Source: Bdellovibrio sp. (lineage in GTDB: Bacteria > Bdellovibrionota > Bdellovibrionia > Bdellovibrionales > Bdellovibrionaceae). From it: DNA of 64,000 bases. The stretch spans positions 800,001 through 864,000 of the forward strand of contig JAKFBS010000002.1 of assembly GCA_036677065.1 (NCBI GenBank). Reading direction: 5' to 3'. The position numbers and the translations under genes are program-made. Each line of letters opens with the position of its first letter. Position 1 is the first letter of the stretch. Of this stretch, positions 57,048 through 64,000 are shown in pieces. The notes beneath the pieces were generated by a model, which searched no databases, was not told the origin of the DNA, and saw nothing but the letters and a program-made list of their open reading frames with translations.

Positions 57048-58205
57048 ATGATCATAACCATGAAAAAACACACTCTATTTTTGACAGCATTGATCACATC
57101 CACTTTTCTTTTCAATTGCGCAGGCACGGGGTCTCTTTTAAATAACTCAACTAATAATGGCGCGAAAACCAAAGCCCGCCCGATGTTAGATTCATCGAAA
57201 GAAGCGCAATTAAATATTCCTTACCGCAGCCTTGATACAGATAAAGAATTAACACTGATTGGCCTTGGTTCATGTTCAGATCAAAACTTAGCTGAACCGA
57301 TATGGAAAACGATCAAACAAGCTAACCCCCAACTTTTTATCATGATGGGTGATAACGTTTACGCTTCACGCAAAGAAGATAAACCCATTATCGACCAGTA
57401 CATCAAAATGAATCAAATTGCTGAATATAAAGAATTGCGCGAAGCGATTCCATTTTTAGCAACTTGGGATGACCATGATTATGGCCAAAATGATGGTGGC
57501 GTTGATAATCCAGAAAAAGACGAAGCCCGCAGAGCATTTCTAAATTACTGGAGCTACTTAAAATTCACGATGCCAAAAGACCAACAAGGTATTTACCACA
57601 GTCGAATCATCGGTTCAAAAAATCGCAAAGTGCAAATCATTATGTTAGACACACGCTGGGACCGTTCAGCGTTAGTTAAAAATCCTGAATACAATGCGAC
57701 AACTAATACCGAACAACCACCAAAAATATTTTTACCCACAGATGATAAAAATGCGCGTGTGTTATCAGAAGCGCAATGGAAGTGGCTAGATCAAGAATTA
57801 GCAAAGCCTGCCAATCTACGCCTGATCGTTTCTTCAATTCAAGTGATCGCCAACGATCATTATTTTGAAAAATGGGGAAACTTTCCAAAAGAGCGTGAAC
57901 GTTTTTTCAATTTGCTAAAAAAACACAAAGCTAAAAACACAGTGATTTTATCGGGTGACCGCCATTTATCAGCCGTCGCCAAAGAAGACGTTAAAGGTTT
58001 AGGAACGATTTATGATGTAACGGCCAGTTCGCTGAATAGACCTTCGCGTAATTTAACACCTGAAGTTGATAAGACCTACACAGCTCCAAGTTTTTTAAAA
58101 CCTAATTTTGGAATGCTGTTAATTGACTGGAGCAAACGCACTTTATCAGCCAAAATTATGGATGAAGAAAATAAAGCTCAGATCGAACAAGATATTAAAT
58201 TTTAA
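57048..58205 (+). CDS. phoD: Alkaline phosphatase D (PhoD)-family lipoprotein
   Basis: Lipobox LFNC; GSC, MGDNVY, TWDDHDY, LDTR, SGDRH; start may be ATG 57060. Confidence 0.88.
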   Translation: MIITMKKHTLFLTALITSTFLFNCAGTGSLLNNSTNNGAKTKARPMLDSSKEAQLNIPYRSLDTDKELTLIGLGSCSDQNLAEPIWKTIKQANPQLFIMMGDNVYASRKEDKPIIDQYIKMNQIAEYKELREAIPFLATWDDHDYGQNDGGVDNPEKDEARRAFLNYWSYLKFTMPKDQQGIYHSRIIGSKNRKVQIIMLDTRWDRSALVKNPEYNATTNTEQPPKIFLPTDDKNARVLSEAQWKWLDQELAKPANLRLIVSSIQVIANDHYFEKWGNFPKERERFFNLLKKHKAKNTVILSGDRHLSAVAKEDVKGLGTIYDVTASSLNRPSRNLTPEVDKTYTAPSFLKPNFGMLLIDWSKRTLSAKIMDEENKAQIEQDIKF

Positions 58206-59165
58206 TTATTTGCGTAGGCTTATATTCGAATCGACCGGTGAAAGCCAACCTTTCACCACAATATAGATAAATAATGCGCTTGAAATAAGTATCATCAATA
58301 TGATTGACGCCCAAAATCCCCACTCATTTTGCAAGCCCGGAATATGAGTAAAATTCATTCCGAAGACACCAGCAATAAAATTTAGCGGTAAAAAGAAAAT
58401 GGTTAACACCGTTAATACGCGCATGATCTCATTGGTGCGAAGCGAGGCTTCGTTCGTACGCTGTGAAGCGATCGACAAATGTAACCCCAGCAACCCTTGC
58501 GTGTTTTCAAAAATATCATCGGCATAAAACTGATAGCGTTCTAATTTATCGCGGCTATCTTGCCATAAATCTTTTTGTGCTAATCGAGTCATTACTTCTA
58601 ACGTGTATTTTAAAACTTTGCGATAAGCCGAAGCTTTGCGTTTGATGTAATAACCTTCTTGTAAAAGCGCTTTAGAACGTTTGTGGTTGAAAATATTTTC
58701 TTCAAACTTTTCCATGTTAGCTTCAAGCTGATTGATCGGGTTTTCAAACGCCAAGGCTGCTTGTTCAAATATCAGCCCCATCAAGGTTAAGACATTTACA
58801 TCTTTAAGATGGTCTTCTGTAAGAGCATTAACAGTGCTTGCGACCTCTGTAATCGCGGTCAGTTCCGCAATACGGTGAATGGTGATCACCTGCTTTTCGT
58901 GAATAAAAATCGCTATTTTTGTAGTCAATTCTTGCACACTATCGGCCTTTGCATCTGAAACTGGCTCTGGAATACGTAATATAACAAAGCGAGTCGACCC
59001 GTAGGTCTCAACATGCGGAAGGTAGTCAGGATTCAAACAGTTTTGAATTATGCTCTCAGGCAAACCTAAAACGCCCGCTAACTCATTATATTGAGTCTGA
59101 GTCGGCGCTGCATAATTGAGCCATTGAATTTCTCTATTTGAAAATAATTTTTTACCATTTGCCAT
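58206..59165 (-). CDS. CorA-family divalent cation transporter
   Basis: NEIMRVLT..FLPLNFIAGVFGMNF..IP, two C-terminal TM helices. Confidence 0.88.
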   Translation of the reverse strand: MANGKKLFSNREIQWLNYAAPTQTQYNELAGVLGLPESIIQNCLNPDYLPHVETYGSTRFVILRIPEPVSDAKADSVQELTTKIAIFIHEKQVITIHRIAELTAITEVASTVNALTEDHLKDVNVLTLMGLIFEQAALAFENPINQLEANMEKFEENIFNHKRSKALLQEGYYIKRKASAYRKVLKYTLEVMTRLAQKDLWQDSRDKLERYQFYADDIFENTQGLLGLHLSIASQRTNEASLRTNEIMRVLTVLTIFFLPLNFIAGVFGMNFTHIPGLQNEWGFWASIILMILISSALFIYIVVKGWLSPVDSNISLRK

Positions 59166-59227
59166 AGTTTTGCTACTTTACTTCGATTATTGTAAGGGTC
59201 GTGCCCAAGGCACGCAAGGAATTATGC

Positions 59228-61831
59228 ATGAAACAAGATCAACTATCTAATACACCTGCCCGCATTTATTTAACTGATTATAAAGCTCCGGATTTCAATA
59301 TTAAAGATATCCACCTTTATTTTAACTTGCACGAAACTCAAACCGTTGTGACGGCGAAAATGAATTTTTCACGTGTGAGCACGGCGAAAGATTTAGTTCT
59401 TGCTGGTGGCGAACACGTTAAACTTTTATCGCTATCAATTAACGGCGAAAAGCTTGCAACTACTCGCTTTCAAGTTGAAGGCGAAACTTTAACGATCAAA
59501 GATGTTCCGGCTGAATTTTTATTACAATCTGAAGTTGAAATTAATCCTGAAGCCAATAAATCTTGCGAAGGTTTATATTTATCTGGCGGAATTTTCTGCA
59601 CGCAATGTGAAGCAGAAAGCTTTAGAAAGATTACTTACTTTTTAGATCGTCCCGATGTGATGACAACTTACACTGTTGAAATGGAAGCGGATGAAAAAAA
59701 ATATCCTCACCTTTTATCAAATGGCGATAACATTTCTAAAAAATCTTTAGGTAATGGCCGCCACCATGCGATGTGGAAAGACCCTTTCAAAAAACCAAGT
59801 TATTTATTTGCATTAGTAGCTGGAGACATGGGCGTGATCAAAGACACGTTCACAACAAAATCTGGCAAAACGGTAAAACTTGAAGTCTATGCTCCGCACG
59901 GAAAACAAGAGCGTTGCAAACACGCCATGGTGTCATTGCAAAAATCAATGCAATGGGATGAGGAACGTTTTGGTTTAGAATACGATCTTGGCACTTACAT
60001 GATCGTATCAATTGATGATTTTAATATGGGCGCAATGGAGAACAAAGGCTTAAACGTATTTAATTCACGTTTAGTTTTAGCTGATGAAAAATCGGCGACT
60101 GACACTGACTTTGAAATGATTGAATCAGTTGTAGGCCATGAATACTTTCATAACTGGACAGGAAACCGTGTAACTTGCAGAAACTGGTTTGAACTTTCGC
60201 TAAAAGAAGGTTTAACCGTTTTTCGTGACCAAGAATTTTCTGCCGATATGAATTCTCGCTCGGTGCAAAGAATTAAAGATGTCGATTCATTACGTTCACG
60301 CCAGTTCACTGAAGATGCAGGGCCCAATGCTCACCCCGTTCGCCCAGAATCATGTTTAGCCGTAGATAATTTCTATACCGCAACGATTTATGAAAAAGGC
60401 GCTGAAGTCATTCGTATGATGCAAACTATTGTCGGTCGTGATGGTTTTAGAAAAGGTATGGATGAATACTTTAAACGCCACGACGGACAAGCTGTGACGA
60501 TTATTGATTTCGCTGAAGCGATTGCAGCCCCGAATAAGGCTGATTTTTCTCAGTTCAAACGTTGGTATTCACAAGCTGGTACTCCGGTTGTAACAGTCAC
60601 CGAAAATTATGATCAAGCCTCTGAAACGTTAACGTTAACATTAGCGCAGGCTTGTGAATTAACACTGACTGGAAAACAAGAGAAGAAAGAAAAGTTACCT
60701 TTTCATATTCCGTTAAAATTTGGTCTTATTGACCAAACCGGTAAAGAAAATCTTGAGCATAACCAAGTTTTAAATTTAAAAGAATCAACACAAACTTGGA
60801 CATTCACAGGCATTACGACTCGTCCGGTAGTTTCACTTAATCGTGAATTTTCGGCTCCGGTTAAATTAAAATGGAATCGTTCAAATGCAGATCTATTGCA
60901 TTTAATTAAATTCGATACGGATGCGTTTAATCGCCGTGAATCTTGCAGCAAAATGTTATTTGATGAAACGGCAAAATTAATCACCGCTTATCAAAATAAA
61001 ACTGATCTAAAACCAAACCCTGAAATTATTCAGTCATTAGGTTATGTGCTAAACGACACGGCGATCGATGCGCAATTTAAAGCGCTCATCTTATCAATGC
61101 CTTCTGATAGCCAGTTAGCGCAAGAACAAGCTATTCTTGATCCGACAGCTTTCTTTAATGCAAAACTTGCGATTAAAAAAGCTTTTGTCAGTACGTTTAA
61201 TACTGATCTTTTAGCAACGTACGCTAAACATCATAGTCTAAATAGCATTGGTGATCGCGCTCTTAAGAATAAAATTTTAGGATTTGGCGTTGCAACTGAA
61301 AATGCAGACTGGGTTACCTTAGCTGATAAACAGTATTGGTCTGCGCAAAACATGACTGATAAAATCGCTGCGTTAAGCTGTTTAGCTGAAACTCACTCTG
61401 AGTTAACTGATAAAGCATTAAATGATTTTCATGCGACTTGGAATACAGACAGTGTTGTCTTTAATAAATGGTTATCTGTGCAAGCCACTAGCAGCTCAGA
61501 AAAAACATTTGCGCGTGTTCAGGCTGCAACCAATGCTAAAGGTTACGAGCAAACAAATCCAAATAACCTGTATAGTCTTCTTGGCGGCTTTGCCGGAAAT
61601 TACCTGCGTTTTCACACCGACAGTGCGCCGACGTATAAATGGTTTGCTGACGAATTATTGCGAATTGATAAAGTAAACCCACAAGTTGGTGCCCGCTTAG
61701 CACAAGCTTTTAACTTTACTAAAAAATTACCGACGCATTTAAAAACTTTAGCACAAACTGAAGTTCAACGAATGTTGGCTTCAGACACGTTATCTAAAAA
61801 CGCGCGCGAGCTTTTAGAAAAAACTATGTAA
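59228..61831 (+). CDS. pepN: Aminopeptidase N
   Basis: TQCEAE, GAMENKGLN, HEYFHNWTGNRVT..LKEG, NFYTATIYEKG; AAGGA then ATG 59228. Confidence 0.96.
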   Translation: MKQDQLSNTPARIYLTDYKAPDFNIKDIHLYFNLHETQTVVTAKMNFSRVSTAKDLVLAGGEHVKLLSLSINGEKLATTRFQVEGETLTIKDVPAEFLLQSEVEINPEANKSCEGLYLSGGIFCTQCEAESFRKITYFLDRPDVMTTYTVEMEADEKKYPHLLSNGDNISKKSLGNGRHHAMWKDPFKKPSYLFALVAGDMGVIKDTFTTKSGKTVKLEVYAPHGKQERCKHAMVSLQKSMQWDEERFGLEYDLGTYMIVSIDDFNMGAMENKGLNVFNSRLVLADEKSATDTDFEMIESVVGHEYFHNWTGNRVTCRNWFELSLKEGLTVFRDQEFSADMNSRSVQRIKDVDSLRSRQFTEDAGPNAHPVRPESCLAVDNFYTATIYEKGAEVIRMMQTIVGRDGFRKGMDEYFKRHDGQAVTIIDFAEAIAAPNKADFSQFKRWYSQAGTPVVTVTENYDQASETLTLTLAQACELTLTGKQEKKEKLPFHIPLKFGLIDQTGKENLEHNQVLNLKESTQTWTFTGITTRPVVSLNREFSAPVKLKWNRSNADLLHLIKFDTDAFNRRESCSKMLFDETAKLITAYQNKTDLKPNPEIIQSLGYVLNDTAIDAQFKALILSMPSDSQLAQEQAILDPTAFFNAKLAIKKAFVSTFNTDLLATYAKHHSLNSIGDRALKNKILGFGVATENADWVTLADKQYWSAQNMTDKIAALSCLAETHSELTDKALNDFHATWNTDSVVFNKWLSVQATSSSEKTFARVQAATNAKGYEQTNPNNLYSLLGGFAGNYLRFHTDSAPTYKWFADELLRIDKVNPQVGARLAQAFNFTKKLPTHLKTLAQTEVQRMLASDTLSKNARELLEKTM

Positions 61832-61841
61832 CCGTAGTTTT

Positions 61842-62657
61842 TTATCTTCCTAAGATAGTGGACAGAGTCTCTTGCTCAAGCGTACTCAAGGTTTGATCTT
61901 CTCGAACGTAAGCTGCCGCCACATACGTGGCGTTCCAGCCCGCTGTCTCGACTTTTTTTAATGACTTGGCTTCAATAAAATCAGGCACCAAACAACACCC
62001 CAAATTAAAGCGTGCGAGCTGGGCCGCCACGGTCCAACTTTCAACAACAATATGCGAGGTGAATTGGATCTTGTTCTTTGCCGCGTATTTTAGAAAGGAT
62101 TCAACCTCAGGGCGAATTTCGGTAGTGATGAGATGAGTCTCCCGAGATCCTGACTTAGACAGTAAACGAAATTTTCCAGTTCTGAATTCATGCTTTTTAA
62201 ATTTATTCTTTTTTTCGTTATCTAGGGCTAAGACAATATCAATGGAGCGATCTTCTAAGTAGCCTAGCAATTGATCGGTAGTCCCGGTTTTTATGAAAGG
62301 TTCTTGGGCTTTCTTTAAGGACTTTTCTATTTTCGAAAATGCCAATTCAATCAAAGAAGCGGAACAGCCAATTCTGAAGCTCTTAGAGTCCGCAACCTTA
62401 TGCGAAAGTCCCCGTTTAAAGTCATTAAAAGAAGCTCGAGCACGCAAATAGAACTCTTGCCCTGCGGGTGTTAACTCAAAGAGCCTTTTTTCATGAACTA
62501 AAAGGGGCTTCCCGTACCATTGCTCAAGGCGCAAAATCGCTTGGCTGACCGCAGGCCGTGAAACATGGTTCACCTGAGCACTTTGGGTGATGCTTTTAAG
62601 TTCTACCGCATCCATATAATATTTAAGTGCTGCCAGGCTTAATTCTTCAAGCTTCAT
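61842..62657 (-). CDS. LysR-family transcriptional regulator
   Basis: SITQSAQVNHVSRPAVSQAILRLEQWYG..LTPAG; ATG 62657; divergent from the DUF952 gene. Confidence 0.88.
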   Translation of the reverse strand: MKLEELSLAALKYYMDAVELKSITQSAQVNHVSRPAVSQAILRLEQWYGKPLLVHEKRLFELTPAGQEFYLRARASFNDFKRGLSHKVADSKSFRIGCSASLIELAFSKIEKSLKKAQEPFIKTGTTDQLLGYLEDRSIDIVLALDNEKKNKFKKHEFRTGKFRLLSKSGSRETHLITTEIRPEVESFLKYAAKNKIQFTSHIVVESWTVAAQLARFNLGCCLVPDFIEAKSLKKVETAGWNATYVAAAYVREDQTLSTLEQETLSTILGR

Positions 62658-62747
62658 GTAATATAATGTTACATATACGAAAGTATAAGTCACTTTTAAT
62701 TTCTCACAAAAAGCTCTATACGTAAGACTCAACAAGTGAGGAAAAAA

Positions 62748-63140
62748 ATGAAAAATCTAGCTATCATGGTCTTAGCAACAGCATGCTTTGTAAGTTCTGC
62801 CTTTGCTGACGACCAGAATAAAGTGGTCGATATGGAGCAAGCGGTTTACAAAATATTAAGGGCGCATGAATGGAGAGAGTTTCAATCTCAAAAACATTTT
62901 AGTGGCTCAAAAGATGATTTAAAGGATGGATTCATTCACTTATCACCAGCTGATCAGGTGGAGCGAATCATTAAGAAATACTTTTCTACTGATCATCCCA
63001 TTTACATCGTCAAATTTGATAACATTGATTTCTTAAAACGGTTGGTGTGGGAACCTGCTAGCAATGGAGATATGTATCCTCACCTCTATAATACTTCACT
63101 ATCTATTGATGAAATGGATAGTTTTGAAGTACGAGAATAG
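62748..63140 (+). CDS. DUF952-family protein with N-terminal signal peptide
   Basis: MKNLAIMVLATACFVSSAFA then VYKI...EW...GSKDDLKDGFIHLS..QV...LVWE...YPHLY. Confidence 0.85.
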   Translation: MKNLAIMVLATACFVSSAFADDQNKVVDMEQAVYKILRAHEWREFQSQKHFSGSKDDLKDGFIHLSPADQVERIIKKYFSTDHPIYIVKFDNIDFLKRLVWEPASNGDMYPHLYNTSLSIDEMDSFEVRE

Positions 63141-63158
63141 CAGCGAAAAAACCAAAAC

Positions 63159-63186
63159 ACCAACATCTCAAAAAAGAGATGTTGGT
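63159..63186. terminator. Hairpin between convergent genes (probable bidirectional terminator)
   Basis: ACCAACATCTC-AAAAAA-GAGATGTTGGT. Confidence 0.75.
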
Positions 63187-63204
63187 TAAAAACAAAACTT
63201 GCTA

Positions 63205-63696
63205 TTAAGGCGTTTGACCTTTCGAGTACATTTCGTTCATTTTCTGTTTCATTAATTCCATAGGCACATCCTCAACATGAGTTCCGATCGACCAGATATG
63301 TCCGAACGGATCTTTGAAGGTTCCGGTACGATCGCCGTAAAATTGATTTTCTACCGGACGCAACGTCTCCATACCAGCTTCAACTGCTTTTTTAGCTGCA
63401 GCATCGACATCTTCGACATACATCATAAAAGACACTGGTGTACCTTTAAGAGCTAGCGGGCCTTGCGTCTTCATCGTGTGCTGACCTTCAGAATCCATTT
63501 CTGAAGTCATCATTAGAATAGAATTTCCGATTTTAATTTCTGCATGCATGACTTGGCCATTAGGCATGTCCATACGCATAAGTTGTTCGGCCCCAAACGC
63601 GCGTTTATAAAATTCAATCGCTGTGGGCACATCATTAACAACGATGTAAGGCGTGATAGTTGTGTAACCTTTAGGAATAGCTTCGACTTTTGCCAT
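63205..63696 (-). CDS. VOC/glyoxalase (PhnB-like) family protein
   Basis: GAGGAG and ATG 63696; AIEFYKRAFGA, HAEIKIG, NQFYGDR..DPFGHIW. Confidence 0.9.
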   Translation of the reverse strand: MAKVEAIPKGYTTITPYIVVNDVPTAIEFYKRAFGAEQLMRMDMPNGQVMHAEIKIGNSILMMTSEMDSEGQHTMKTQGPLALKGTPVSFMMYVEDVDAAAKKAVEAGMETLRPVENQFYGDRTGTFKDPFGHIWSIGTHVEDVPMELMKQKMNEMYSKGQTP

Positions 63697-63783
63697 AAAT
63701 AATCTCCTCTTGATTTGGTGTTCGCAAATATCTAAGCACACCAAACCAGAGACGCAGATCGACTTATGCCACTCGTTATGAAA

Positions 63784-64000
63784 TTAAATTTGATTACGGC
63801 ACTGCTTCAAGAATTCAGAACGCGTATCACCGCTAACTTTGAATTCACCACGAAGATCAGTTGTTGTCGTTGAACTGTGCGAATCTTGAATACCGCGCGC
63901 AATCACACAATAATGTCTTGCATTGATATGCACGGCAATGTCTTCGGTTTCTAAGATATAAGATAAGCAATCAGCGATTTGCTTTGTCAAACGCTCTTGC
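63784..64000 (-). CDS. folE: GTP cyclohydrolase I, C-terminal part (5' end outside the window)
   Basis: QERLTKQIA...ARHYCVIARGI...LRGEF...RSEFL. Confidence 0.9.
   Translation of the reverse strand, partial: QERLTKQIADCLSYILETEDIAVHINARHYCVIARGIQDSHSSTTTTDLRGEFKVSGDTRSEFLKQCRNQI

Noticed and set aside
1..64000. tRNA, rRNA, riboswitches, sigma54 -24/-12 promoters, IS elements, defence systems
   Set aside because: No convincing match by eye; intergenic regions are short. A covariance-model search would be needed to exclude small RNAs.

Overview
AT-rich chromosomal window from a predatory Bdellovibrionota bacterium (Bdellovibrio/Pseudobdellovibrio-like, inferred from gene content). Left to right: (1) a >=1172-codon fibre adhesin of the Bdellovibrio MAT type on the minus strand, which runs off the left edge and is missing from the ORF track; (2) a TIGR02147-like HTH gene followed by a secreted GNGG-motif protein; (3) accessory envelope and metabolic genes; (4) a type IV pilus block (pilB, degenerate pilT, pilC, pilS, pilR) with ribF; (5) a CHASE2 kinase and sigma54 regulator pair; (6) an outer-membrane/lipid A operon (prfB with its +1 programmed frameshift, lolC/E, lolD, bamA, skp, lpxA, gnnA-like, lpxB, lpxK, lpxL, DUF3108, GT9); (7) ybeY and mazG; (8) an ~12.6 kb Agl-Glt-like gliding-motility operon; (9) mixed housekeeping and secreted genes (SNase, PTP-like, bioY, marR, murJ, rpsT, PilZ, phoD, corA, pepN, LysR, DUF952, VOC, partial folE). 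I found no rRNA, tRNA, CRISPR array, integrase or transposase. The most unusual signals are: a 40-bp repeat encoding paired leader peptides, placed exactly 46 nt before both large TPR genes of the gliding operon; a 29-bp direct repeat that duplicates a gene 3' end and brackets a lipoprotein gene; an ExbD/AglQ-like subunit lacking the proton-carrying Asp; and several sigma28- and sigma70-like promoters positioned to give leaderless mRNAs. All family assignments come from motif recognition by eye, not from database searches.
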